A stretch of DNA of 61,326 bases, from the NCBI RefSeq assembly GCF_001194135.2, contig NC_068989.1, positions 62,844,700 through 62,906,025 on the forward strand, written 5' to 3'. The position numbers were made by a program, and so were the translations under genes. Source of the stretch: Octopus bimaculoides (lineage: Eukaryota). Numbering within the stretch: position 1 is the first letter of the stretch; each line of letters opens with the position of its first letter. Shown piece after piece: positions 12,073-24,610 of the stretch. A model generated the notes under the pieces. The model did not search any database, was not told the origin of the DNA, and saw only the letters and a list, made by a program, of their open reading frames with translations.

Positions 12073-15000
12073 TATCAACAAGCATTTCCTTAAGTATCAG
12101 AAATATCTCTAGTTGTTCATTAGGCACGAAATATATTCGTATATTTGCAAAGTACAGACGAAATTGAGTATCAATAAAATAATATTTTCAATCAAGTCAA
12201 AAAGGAGATAACCGACATGAATTATGTAATTTTATCACTTAAATAGTAGATGCTGAGTTTAGAAAATATCATTGTTTCCCTTGAAAATGTTTTACTACAA
12301 ATACCTCAGTGTTATCAATATTTCATATATAAAATTTATCCTTTACGGGCAAAGACAACACTCCCTAAATTAAACTGGGCATGAAAAGTAATGAGTGGGC
12401 GCGAGTGATTTAAGTAATACTTTATAAAACACACGACTGTGAAATGTTGTCGAATTATAACACTAAAGAAAAAATATGAAACCTAAAATTAGAGTCTGGA
12501 AAATTATATGGTACGTACCATTCCTTTTTCTTTGACTATTAAAAATAACATAAGCAAGCAATGTTTTGTATAACTAGATAAGAATTACCAATTAAACCAT
12601 AAATACAAGATGGGTGTAAAAAGTCATGCAAATGCTGCTCCAATATGAAGAACATTATAATTCGCATGCGATATCAAAAAACCCCTCCTCGTTGTAACAA
12701 TAGAGACATTGAAGATTACCCGTACAATCAAGCACACTTGGTCATTTCAGTTCTTTATGAAGCTGAAGTCAGATCTCCAAAATAAGGGAATTCAAATGAA
12801 AAATTGCTACGGTTTTGCAAAGTTATTTTTAAAACCTGATACGCGGACAACCTATGTTCGTTCCGGGACATTGCGGGGAATAAAGCCACGTAATCGAATC
12901 TGAAGTGCGATTGTACATCACATAAAATCAAGTGGAGCATCGTGGTGGAAATCCACGCCATATTTAAATGGATCAAAATAAAAAGTTTTGGAAGCTATAC
13001 GCTACCGAAAGAGCTCGCAATAATTCTAAATTCAAGAATTTCAACATTCTTCTTAATCTCACAAGCGAAATTTTAGTGAATGCAGGCAAATGCACCTTTC
13101 GGGTGGTGATTTTCTTTTGTCGTCGAATTGGAGCACATCTTCCTCTTAAGATTGAGCATGCTCTCTCACAGAACTTGGTCCCCTTCCCGGTAAATTATTC
13201 CTACGCCTGCTATATTATAATTCTGATGGACCATGAGGACCCAACCTTGGTGTTCTTTTTTTTCTTACTTTTTCCGTTTCTAGTTAACTTGTTTTCTCTT
13301 TTCCCTTTTTCCCAATACAGTTTTTGAATTAATTGTTTTCTTGATTTTTCTCATGTCTCCTCAGAGACCAGGGTTTGTTCTTAGTTTTTCAAATAATATA
13401 GGCCTCTTTGCGTGTTCGAACTTGAAGGATTGCTTGGAAATACAATACAGGAAATGTAAAGCTAATGAAATATTGTGTTCACGGTGCACGAATGTATTTG
13501 TGGCTCATATCTAAAGACTGTAGATATCAATCAATCAGTTTTGTTTGAAATCACACTTCATCATTTCAAATATTAACACCATACAACATGATCCTACTGA
13601 CACACACAAACCTATCTGTTATGTCTCTATCAAGACGTAAACCATGATTTCGTACCTAAAAACTCTATACAGCATTTTTATTCCAAGAATTTTGATTATA
13701 ATTTTTTTTCTGGATTTATCATATTATCTGTTGACAAAAGTTTGACTTTGGGAATATTTATGAATAAAGCTATTTATGAAAAACATGATTCGAAAATAAA
13801 ACATTCAACAAATAAACATAATATTATTAAAACATTCGTTAATGCATTCGGAATAAAAATGTTTTCTAATTGTCTTAATCATAAAAAAATAAATCTAATC
13901 TCGACAATGACTTTTAATATGTTTTTTTTTTTTGTTTGTTTTTTTACCATAAATTCTACGTTTCTCACTTTCAGCAACACTTTTAATATTTCGTTGGTCA
14001 CTGTAGGCTATTGAAGTTTAGTAATTGAATTAACAAATTACTCTTCGTTTTTATTTCTATTTTTCAATGATTTTAAAAATTATCCTCAGACAATTTTACG
14101 AGAAAATTGTAGCAAATATCTTGTATTATATAATTAGCTGAGACAATGAAATTTAAGCTAACATGGCTGAGATTTTAAGATGTTCGAGTCTCAATCACTT
14201 ATTTTCGTGTTCGAATCAAAATAAGTATTGGGGTTGATGATTAACCCAGTCCCAAAAATTTCTGGCTTTCTGCCAGAATCTGAAACCTATATGTGATTAA
14301 ATTTGAAATGTACTTAAATGAAAATATTGTTTTAGTTCGAAGAGAAATGCAATGGTATCGTTTAATTTTGATATTATTATTTTAATTATCAGTTAATTTT
14401 TATATCGGTTAATGTTCTTCATGAGCGAATGCACTGGTATGCATTTTAGACAATATAGGTCTGCCCAATATGTATTAAATTTAAATGTTAATTTAGTAAT
14501 AATATACCTGTACTCAGAAAATTGTTTCAGTCTAACTGCTAAAGGTAAATATAATATTAACTTGAAAAACAAAAGCAGTTTATCTCAATATTGTGTTTAT
14601 GGGTCATACTACCTATTGATGGAAACATGTCGTTTGCTAACAAAAGTAATGTGCACTAAAATAGTGTACCCTGAATTTCATCAGAGACACAGAGACTTTT
14701 ATTTGGCAGAACCGGTTTTTAGATCATGCTGAAATACATATAAAATGTATGTGCATATGTGTGGAATAGAGAAAAAAATAATCTGCTTTATTCATTCTCA
14801 TGTGCTACAAATGTTCGAATATGTTACTGTAACCTTTTTAGATTTGATCTGTCCACGCTTCCACAGGTCTTACAAAAGCCACATCTTCCTCAGAAAAGAG
14901 CATGTAAAAATTACTTGCACTTGTTGTTTAAAGAACGTATAAATGCAAATCTCAGAGCATAATTAAGAAATCAAAAACAAGCCAAACTCAATGAAATTAC

Positions 15001-15543
15001 AGACAAAATTAGTTGTCCTCTACGTAGAAGAGAAGTAGGACCTGTATTCGGCTGCGGGAGTATCATGCCCCTAATTAATCTAGAGACATTTAATTCTATA
15101 TGAATACAACACACCTCTTCATTTGTTGCAACTCTTCCAAAATAATTTGTCTTTAGAGAGACATGTGACAAACAGATCACCCAAAACAACGGAGTAATGG
15201 TTCAATGTAAAAAGGCATGACGCGTTCATAGACATAACTACTTTATCGCCAACATGTCTCTACTGCTTCTGTACTATCTTTTAAAGCATTATCATCTTTA
15301 CATTGGAAATACCAATAACATGTCTGCATATATAAACTGGTAAACCACAGCGAACGTTTATTGGATAAGAAAATGCATTGGGGAATATGAATACGATCTT
15401 CACATTCATAAATTACATTTCTTCCACTATGATTACCATTTTATCTTTAAATATGTCTCCAGTGCTGTTATGAATTCGCATGCTCGCATGCATGTTCGAA
15501 TACTATCTGTATAATATAATTCTTCTCCTCTTAAATAGTAGAA

Positions 15544-15757
15544 AGCAGTGGATTGGCAGAATTGTTTGCACGCCAGGCAAAATGCTTAACTGTAGTTCGT
15601 CTCTTTTTACGTTGAGTTGAAATGCCGCTGCAATCATCTTTGCCTTTTGTCTCTCTCGATCGATAAAATAAGTACCAGTCAAGCACTGGTATTAATGTAA
15701 TCATTTACACTTTCCCCCATATCAAAAAATTTCACGCCTTATGGCTAGAGTTGAAAT
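15544..15757 (+). mobile_element. tRNA-head SINE (tail A), decayed
   Basis: TTGGCAGAATTGTTTGCACGCCAGGCAAAATGCTTAAC head, CTTTGCCTTTT...GATAAAATAAGTACCAG core and tail A remnant. Confidence 0.75.
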
Positions 15758-15824
15758 GTATATCAGTAAAAATTAAAAACATATGTATGACGATATGGAT
15801 ATTGGCAATTTTAATTCGACTCTA

Positions 15825-16270
15825 AGGCGGCGAGCTGGGAGAAACCTTCGCACGCCGGGCAACATGCTTAGCGGTTTTTCGTCTGTTTTTACGTTCTGAG
15901 TTCAAATTCCGCGGATGTAGACTTTGCCTTTTATCCTTTCGGAGTCGGTAAATTAAGTATCAGTGACGCACTGGAGTCGATGTAATCGACTCAATCCCTT
16001 TGTCTGTCTTTGATTGTCCCCTCTACGTTTAGCCCCTTGTGGGCAATAAAGAAATAAGAAACGTTAGCACGCCGAGCGAAGTGCTTAACTTTATTTCATC
16101 TGTCTTTACGTTCTTAGTTTAAATTCTGCCGTGGTCGACTTTGCCTTTCATCCTTTCGAGGTCGCCTTTCGAGGTCGATAAATTAAGTATCAGTTCCGTA
16201 CTGGAGTCAATCTAATCGACTGCCATCCTCCTCAAAACTTTGGGCCCCGTGCCAAGAGTAAAAGAAAAGA
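15825..16270 (+). mobile_element. Nested SINE dimer: tail-B unit followed by tail-A unit, 17-bp outer TSD
   Basis: Head GGCGGCGAGCTGG starts at 15826. Tail B ends ...GGGCAATAAAGAAAT at 16055, then AAGAAACGTTAGCACGCCG re-enters the SINE head. TSD ATTTTAATTCGACTCTA (15808-15824) vs ATTTTACTTCGACTCTA (16271-16287). Confidence 0.85.
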
Positions 16271-18674
16271 ATTTTACTTCGACTCTAGAATGCCTTAAGT
16301 TGTTTATAACCTGAGTGCTGCTTTACACCTGACACACTAGCCTTTCACCTGTAATGTTCTGATAAATCTGCTTTTACTATATGTGCATTCTCTTCAGAAA
16401 ACTGACCTGTCATCTAATGAAATGAAACTTACAAAACTACGAATCAGGCCAGTTTATTGTGATCATAACATGAATTATAATATATTCACGATTCATTTTA
16501 ATATAGTCTACATTCAAAGATACCAACATTGAGATAAGAATATATGGAATACGTAAAGATAGATTAACTGATAAATTTAGACTAAAGTTTCTCATTGTTA
16601 ATTTCAGTAATACGTGAAGCCATAAAATTATTCATTGTACAAACATCCATGGAGAGCGTGAGCGCCAGAAATTGCAAATACGCCAATGAAAATTGAGTGT
16701 CATGATAGCAGGCTGCTATCGGTGTTGTCTTGGAACTTAATCTTCTGAACAAGTTTACTTTCCTTTATCGAGAGACACTTGTTTGTATCTGATTAAATCG
16801 AATCAACTTTCGAAAATCAGGCAATATAAAATTTTATCTATCACGTTCACTAGCGGAAACTCGATCGATCGACTAGTGTGATGTTTGCCAGGAACCAATC
16901 AGTCAGTTATCACTGAATATTGTTAGCTGTGGTAGAGTTGGAAAATAATTAAAATTCATTGATTGTTTTTGATGCAGACGTAAAATTTGTGATTGCCAGA
17001 AGTTGTCAGAAATTATCGTTAAAGTTTAGAACAAACTATCTCACACACGCATTTAAATTTTTCTCTAAACTTAACAACATTTTATGTAAAATAAATATAT
17101 GCGATGACATTATAATTAAGAAATATCAATTATATTATTGAAGCCTATTCATAAATTTGCTAAGTGGTCGTTTTTAATACAAGTATATCAAAGTTCTACA
17201 CGGTACATTTTTTTAGTATGACACAGTTTTTCTTGAATAATAACATTTTGCGACTGATTAAGATCGAAAGTTGGAATTAGCAAAATAATTTAGAAAATGT
17301 AAGTAGATACACACACACGCACACATATACATAGAGAGGGAAGACGACAGAGAGAGAGAGAGAGAGAGAATTATACACAGGAGAGAGAAAGAGAGGGAGA
17401 CGAAGAGAGATGCAAACAGACAGATGGATCGAATGCTAACAGGTGGAGTATGGTGGTGGAATTTATCGAAGTATTGTAAATATTTTTTTCATAATTATAA
17501 GTCCATTAAATATAACGGAGTATCCTTTTAGAAATGGGGCGCCTGGGGAAATTCTCTTTCATATATAGATTTCTATTTGCACTTATGATTGAATATTAAA
17601 AGAGAATTATACTTTAAAATCAATCACCAAAATTTCACGTTACGAATTGTATATTGTTTTGTGGGAAAATGGTGTGTCATTTCAGTACCCCATTGGGGGT
17701 AGTATATGTAGGTTGGTTAAGCAAACAACACCATATATAACAGCAGAAAATTGAACGAACTCGGCATTTTCAATATTTTAGTGTGATAGATTTCAAAATG
17801 AGATTGAGTCGATATATTGGATGAATGGGCTTAATAGACATCATTAAATGTTTTAGATTAAGTTACTTTCCAAATATTACATGTTAAGTGTCACGCCAAT
17901 ATCGAATCGTAGTGTAAACTCCTTTAAGTATCATTATACTGGTAATGTCTACATGAAATGGAACCTCCGCGAAACAAATATTTATGCTTCTGCTTAATGT
18001 TAAATTAAACAAGACTGTTTTCATTATATCAATGATTCTTTGAGATTGTTAATATTGACACGATATAAGTTACATGATATATAATTCTAGCTACTGTTTT
18101 AAGGTTTGTAGTGGTTTAAACCCTTTGTAATACTTATTCTCAAACACAGACTATTTAATCTACTCACATGCTCTTTTAAGTATTTTGTACAGTTGATTTA
18201 AAAACGAATTTGATTTAAGAACATATGCACAAACAAACAAAAAAACATAATTCATACAGTACATATATTCAAGCGTATAACATTTTTCACATATATATCT
18301 ATAGAAGCTGTCAATGTTTTTCATATTTCACAAGATCATGCACACCGATATTCATTCTTACATACATACTGGAACGCCACCCAGCTAGCACACACACACA
18401 CACACACACACACGTACACATATATAAATCCACCAAATACAACTCGTCACATATCAATTACCAAGCGCACGTACACGCTGACACACAGGCATACATTTCT
18501 GCCTACACCAACAAGCACTTTTCTGGCTTACTGATGCGCTTATTTTTCAGTCCCATAATTGAATTTACAATTTGTATTCTCTTGTCTTTCCTAACGGCGC
18601 AGGTTCTATGCCTGCGTGTTTCTTTCCCATGTTTTTTGGTTTTTTTTCTTCTTTTGACAAAGTCCAACATCCAA

Positions 18675-18843
18675 AATATTGTTTTCTACACAAAGCACAA
18701 GGCCCAAAAATTTATGAGGAGGGGGCAGGGGGCTAGTCGATTAAATCGACCCCGTAGGCAACTGCTAGTTAATTTAATTACCCCGAAAGGATGAAAGGGG
18801 AAGTCGCATTTGAACTCACAACGTAAAAATAGACGAAATACCG
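18675..18843 (-). mobile_element. Host SINE (tail A), body and tail downstream of the LINE insertion
   Basis: The reverse complement reads CGGTATTTCGTCTATTTTTACGTTGTGAGTTCAAAT...CCTTTCATCCTTTCGGGGT...GGGGTCGATTTAATCGACTAG...GGGCCTTGTGC. It is followed by TSD copy 18663-18674. Confidence 0.9.
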
Positions 18844-20693
18844 ATTTCTTTATTACTCATAAAGGGCTATACAAAGAATTTTTAAGACATCACAAAACAT
18901 AAAGACAGTACAAAACGCCAACATAAAATCGAGGTAATTAAAATAAAATGATAATATGCAAGAATGAAAAAAAAATGAGGCGCAATGTCCACTCGATCCC
19001 CGAAGTTGGGTGGTTACATTTATCCAGTTTTTCACTTTTACGTTCAACGTCATGTAAACATTTTAACAGTTTTGTAACTCAACAAATTCAAACNNNNNNN
19101 NNNNNNNNNNNNNNNNNNNNNNNNNNNNNNNNNNNNNNNNNNNNNNNNNNNNNNNNNNNNNNNNNNNNNNNNNNNNNNNNNNNNNNNNNNNNNNNNNNNN
19201 NNNNNNNNNNNNNNNNNNNNNNNNNNNNNNNNNNNNNNNNNNNNNNNNNNNNNNNNNNNNNNNNNNNNNNNNNNNNNNNNNNNNNNNNNNNNNNNNNNNN
19301 NNNNNNNNNNNNNNNNNNNNNNNNNNNNNNNNNNNNNNNNNNNNNNNNNNNNNNNNNNNNNNNNNNNNNNNNNNNNNNNNNNNNNNNNNNNNNNNNNNNN
19401 NNNNNNNNNNNNNNNNNNNNNNNNNNNNNNNNNNNNNNNNNNNNNNNNNNNNNNNNNNNNNNNNNNNNNNNNNNNNNNNNNNNNNNNNNNNNNNNNNNNN
19501 NNNNNNNNNNNNNNNNNNNNNNNNNNNNNNNNNNNNNNNNNNNNNNNNNNNNNNNNNNNNNNNNNNNNNNNNNNNNNNNNNNNNNNNNNNNNNNNNNNNN
19601 NNNNNNNNNNNNNNNNNNNNNNNNNNNNNNNNNNNNNNNNNNNNNNNNNNNNNNNNNNNNNNNNNNNNNNNNNNNNNNNNNNNNNNNNNNNNNNNNNNNN
19701 NNNNNNNNNNNNNNNNNNNNNNNNNNNNNNNNNNNNNNNNNNNNNNNNNNNNNNNNNNNNNNNNNNNNNNNNNNNNNNNNNNNNNNNNNNNNNNNNNNNN
19801 NNNNNNNNNNNNNNNNNNNNNNNNNNNNNNNNNNNNGCTGTGGCTGTGTGAACTCATATAGGGGGCATTTGGTCTTCATATGACCTCTCTCCCCGCATAT
19901 ATAACAATTTGGTTTTCTTCCCTCGACTACGACATTTAACGTTTTCTCGTCCTCCACTTCTATCTGGTAGGGATTTTTTTTTATGTCCTCGAATGTGGCA
20001 AAAAGCCACATTTCGAGTCCAAATCCCCACCATTTGCACACTTTTGATTTCGCCACTGGTCGCAATTCCGGCTCCTCCTTGGTTGCAGCCAGCACTGTTG
20101 CAACCAACCACTCTGGTTTAATATCTGGTGCAACTCTGGGAATACGTATTTTCACACTTCTTTTCCCTCTATAACTTGGTAGCAATGCTATGTCTTCACT
20201 TCTTAAAATATTGGTCGCATGCTTGGTTGCCTCTTCTATAGTGGCGAACCTCACCTCAACCGTACCGAACTTTATTCCTCTGTTGATGTACGTGGCTTCA
20301 TTTACAATTTCACCCAGGCACTCCTCGATTTCATTTTCCGTCACCATTTCAATTTTCCAGGTTTCGACAGCCTGTGTACGATACACTACTGTCCTCAGAA
20401 TTTTCTTTTCTTTAGTCTCTTTTGGGGGACACAATTTGTATGAGTCTCCCTCAACTTCTATCAAATTCCTGCTTCTGGTCACCTCCTCCATGTCCAACTT
20501 GATTAACATGGTTTCTAGCGGCACTGGCTTCCTCACCGCAGTGGCCTTGGCGTAGCTCTCCATACTGGAGACACTACCACTTGCCATAGCTGGGAAAAAA
20601 ATGCAGCAGCTCACGTGAAACGTAACCGTAATAATTCCACAAAAATCACAATTATTCACCGAGACAGTATTCACAATATTTCACAGAGCCGTT
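18844..20693 (-). mobile_element. Tx1/L1-like non-LTR retroelement inserted in a SINE (5' UTR, ORF1, gap, 3' end)
   Basis: Flanked by the direct repeat CGGTAT on the minus strand (18838-18843 and 20694-20699). It has a gag-like ORF1 and a 3' end ...GTAATAAAGAAAT. The clade is inferred from the ORF1 architecture, as ORF2 is not visible. Confidence 0.8.
19837..20587 (-). CDS. LINE ORF1 gag-like protein (RRM-like region plus CCHC zinc knuckle), open into the N gap
   Basis: ATG at 20587 (MASGSVSS...) opens ~250 uninterrupted codons. It contains GTVEVRFATIEEA (RRM-like) and CYICGERGHMKTKC (C-x2-C-x4-H-x4-C). Confidence 0.85.
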
Positions 20694-20744
20694 ATACCGC
20701 GAAGCAGTTCGACCGGCGTGCAAAGGTTCTGCCAGCTCACCGCC
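20694..20744 (-). mobile_element. Host SINE head (A-box part) upstream of the LINE insertion
   Basis: The reverse complement reads GGCGGTGAGCTGGCAGAACCTTTGCACGCCGGTCGAACTGCTTCGCGGTAT. It is preceded by TSD copy 20745-20756, identical to 18663-18674 (TCCAACATCCAA). Confidence 0.9.
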
Positions 20745-21103
20745 TCCAACATCCAATACATTAAGCATTTTTATTTTTATTATAATCTCAGTGCCAAGGT
20801 CTGATTTACAAATTTAACCAATAAATATTTTCTCCGTGTTTTGAGGCACCCACCATCATCATCATCATCATAATCAAGATCTCTTAACTGATGCAGTCAG
20901 TCCCGAATATATACGAAAATTATTATATTTGTGTGTGTGTGTCGTTCTCACCTGGTCATATACATACCAATATCAAACAATAGCATGGATTCCCGAAGAT
21001 TTAAGTATTGCAGACCTAAGACGTATATAGAAATTGTTATTAAATGTGTGTGTGTGTGTATAGATATATGTATGCATACACACATACATACATACATGCA
21101 TAA

Positions 21104-21685
21104 TGGTGGAATGTACCAGTGAATACCTCAGTAAGATGTACGCACAACAGATTTGATATAATGATTTGGGATAGAAAAGAGAGATGGTGCACAGTTGTGG
21201 AAATTATCTGCCCAGCAGATATTAACATAGAGCTGAATATCAGTGAAAAGGAGGACACCGATGCTGAACTATTTAGAAGTCTACAGTTACTCTTTCCACA
21301 TTACAGGTTCGGGTTTATACCTGCAATTATTGGGGTCATGGGATATGTAGCACACTGCCTAAATACCCATCTTGAGAAATTAGGCTTCTACAAACAAGAA
21401 AGGAGAAAGCTAATTGGAACGCTACAGAGCCAATCCATCACTGAAAGTGTAAAAATCTTTAAAACTTTCTAGACGTTTGTCATGTAAACGTATATGAGCA
21501 TGTCTAGATGTGTAACTCTATGCATGAGAATACATACATATAACATACAAATCTTCACATACATACATACATTCAAACAAACAAAAATACTTTGTTATTG
21601 ATGTTGAAATTCTAATAAAGGAATCTTGGATCTAGGTTAGAAACCGGTTCTTTCTCTAAGAAGTCTTGAAATAAACTGAATAATG
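21104..21685 (+). mobile_element. 5'-truncated R4/Dong-like RLE LINE (restriction-like endonuclease C-terminus plus 3' UTR)
   Basis: WWNVPVNTSVRCTHNRFDIMIWDRKERWCTVVEIICPADINI...SEKE...IPAIIGVMG matches the (P)D..E..K RLE pattern. The 3' UTR contains GGTTAGAAACCGGTTC. Both ends abut CATA repeats. Confidence 0.85.
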
Positions 21686-22720
21686 ACATACGTACGTACT
21701 TACATAGGCGTAAAAAACGTAAGCAATCTGGCAGGAGATAATTATCGTTAAAAATTTTTTGGGGGCACTTGTTCATGTGTGCCTGTCATTATCCTCTGAT
21801 CACATTTTACTGAAGTCAGCTTTTCTTTCCTCGTCATTATGTGATCCCTAACATACAATACTCGGTTCGGCGGTATCGAATAAAGCTCTCCTGTCAAAAT
21901 TACTGGTATTTTGCCTAAATCAGAAACCATATGTCTATGTTTGTGTACTTGTGTGTGTCTGTGTGTGTGTGTGTGTGGGTGTGCTTTATATTCTATGTTG
22001 CTGAATTTTTTTCTTTTAATGCAAGTATGTCACAGTTTATGCAGGCATGATAGTTGAACGACTTTTCAAAATATATCATGTACGGCATCAGTCTTATTAT
22101 TCCCTTGTGATATGCTATAAATCATATGACAATATATTCATCACTTGCTATTTTTCTCACGAAACTTCTTTAAATCGCCGCAATCAATATGTTAACTGGT
22201 TGTGACACCAATGTATCGGAATAATTTCATTCGTAGACAGCCGCTGCATATTCTGTGTAATCTCTTCATTAATCCCATTCAGCATGAGATAGACTCTGAT
22301 ATACTCGTAATTCGGTCTTCACGTTAAATTATAAATGGTCTGAAATCTAGCACTTCACTAGGCGATTTTGTTCAGAACGTTTCCGTATGATAAATTCTTT
22401 TGACTTTGACGAATTAATAGTCTAGATATGAATATAGCTTATTTGCATTATCTACGCCATTTATAACTTTATTAGAAATACATATTTCTGGGAAATTGCT
22501 ACCGTATACGGGGATAAATCAATTGCTATAGACATATGTCTATATAGAGGAAAAATGATCCAGTTTAGATACGACCCATTTATATCATGATTAGATATTT
22601 GATGTGTCAGATACCTTCATTTTTAAGAGTACAGGTAAAACACAGCGCTAACATTAATAAAAGATGCTGAGCAGATTTTTCTTTAGAGAAGAGAATGTTT
22701 AAAATGCCTTTAGGAAATTA

Positions 22721-22762
<42 letters not shown>

Positions 22763-23074
22763 NNNNNNNNNNNNNNNNNNNNNNNNNNNNNNNNNNNNNN
22801 NNNNNNNNNNNNNNNNNNNNNNNNNNNNNNNNNNNNNNNNNNNNNNNNNNNNNNNNNNNNNNNNNNNNNNNNNNNNNNNNNNNNNNNNNNNNNNNNNNNN
22901 NNNNNNNNNNNNNNNNNNNNNNNNNNNNNNNNNNNNNNNNNNNNNNNNNNNNNNNNNNNNNNNNNNNNNNNNNNNNNNNNNNNNNNNNNNNNNNNNNNNN
23001 NNNNNNNNNNNNNNNNNNNNNNNNNNNNNNNNNNNNNNNNNNNNNNNNNNNNNNNNNATATATATATATATATA

Positions 23075-23430
23075 CTTTACCTTACACTCAACCCTATTGC
23101 CTTTCAAACATATTACCCCACTTCTCACACATATTCTTTCCTTGCAGTCCTATCTATTCCTTCTATCCCTCCTAGCACTTTCCTTGGATACTGGAACTGC
23201 AGCATCGTACATATATTCTCTTATTTCCCTTGATACTTCCTATATTTAACCTTTTTCCAAAATAACTCCTTATATTGAACTCTACTATTTCCATCTATTT
23301 AAATCTCCCATATCGTCTCTGATGAAGGGATATCCCTAATATCCCAGAAGCAGCTGTAAGACTAAATTTCTCTTTATAAACGTCGCAAGAATTCCACACA
23401 GCCTTGGTTTTGTTGTCTCAATTTATTTAA
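23075..23430 (+). mobile_element. Probable Penelope-like terminal repeat (pLTR) remnant next to (TA)n
   Basis: Pyrimidine-rich non-coding tract ending in a hammerhead motif. PLE assignment is inferred from the motif. Confidence 0.5.
23315..23362 (+). ncRNA. Minimal type I hammerhead ribozyme-like motif (A15.1 to G variant)
   Basis: GTCT-CTGATGA-A-GGGATAT-cccta-ATATCCC-A-GAAG-CAGCTG-TA-AGAC. Stem I is 4 bp, stem II is 7 bp, stem III is palindromic, and the triplet is GUA. Confidence 0.7.
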
Positions 23431-23940
23431 TACTCACGCACACGCACACGCACACACACACACACTCAAACACATATACTGACAAAATATTTGAAGGGAA
23501 TATAATAAATATATATTGAATATACCACCAGGCTAACCAAGTGTAATATTAACTTTTCAATTAAGGTAATTGGAGGGTAATCCCAAGCAAAAATATTAGA
23601 ATAGTCCGCTGAAGGTATGAGAGTCAAAACATTTAGAAACGAGAAAACGATGGTCAATATACAGACAGAAATGAAAGTGCTGTTGAATGTACCAGGGAAG
23701 AATATAGAAAATAGACAAAAAACATCTAATCACACACACTCACACAGACACTCACTCACGTACATACATGCACACACATACACACAGAGAGATGTCTCTG
23801 TGTAAGTATGAATGTAATAAATATTGGACGAGATAATCATTACACTAGTACAAAATTAAAAACTCTCTGAAGTAACTGAATAAGAAATAAAATCAATGAT
23901 GGATATTTAATTTTGAGGTCCAATTGGAAACGATACAAAA

Positions 23941-24562
23941 GAGGATATACAAGTGGAGTCATATGCTAAAGCTTTGCGGAAATGTCTCGAACGTAAAACT
24001 TTAGTATCACAACAGTCGAATTTGAAATCATATCCGAAGAAGTCCATTAATGCAGCACCGATTTTTTCTACAGATTTTAAATTAATTTTCTTTATATTTC
24101 TCCATTTGTTTCGATTAAATCTTTGTCAGAAAAGTTAAAACTTTGTATATCTAAATCTTCCATGAAATTGCCTCTCAAGATATTAATGATATCTAACGCC
24201 ACCGCCAGCAGGATATATTCAACAAAACAGGTATTCATGGCATTCCGGATATTTCAGAACGAGAATCATGTTTTATGAAAATAGTGCCTTAAAACCTTTA
24301 AAGGAAACAAATAGATATAAATGAATAAAGCAACTAACATTTTCCAAAATTTTCTATCATATACTTAAGTTTTCGAAAGATTTTTCTCCATCAAAAAGCT
24401 ATATATCATAATATAGTAGCTTATTGCACGAACAACAGGATAGAGTATTGATATAAGATAACAAAGATTATTCAAATGAGACGGACATGAGAATATTATA
24501 TTGCACGTTGATTTACAAATTTAATATACATCTATACCTCTCTGTTACCCTGTCTCGCCCTG

Positions 24563-24610
<48 letters not shown>

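Noticed and set aside
14830-15060. Degenerate zinc-finger-like translation (CPRFHRSYKSHIFLRKEH; CPLRRREVG)
   Set aside because: Ligands are missing and the frames are inconsistent. At most an unassignable ancient LINE relic.
23953-23973. ESYAKA peptide shared with LINE ORF1 (MESYAKA)
   Set aside because: Six residues with different codons and no further similarity.
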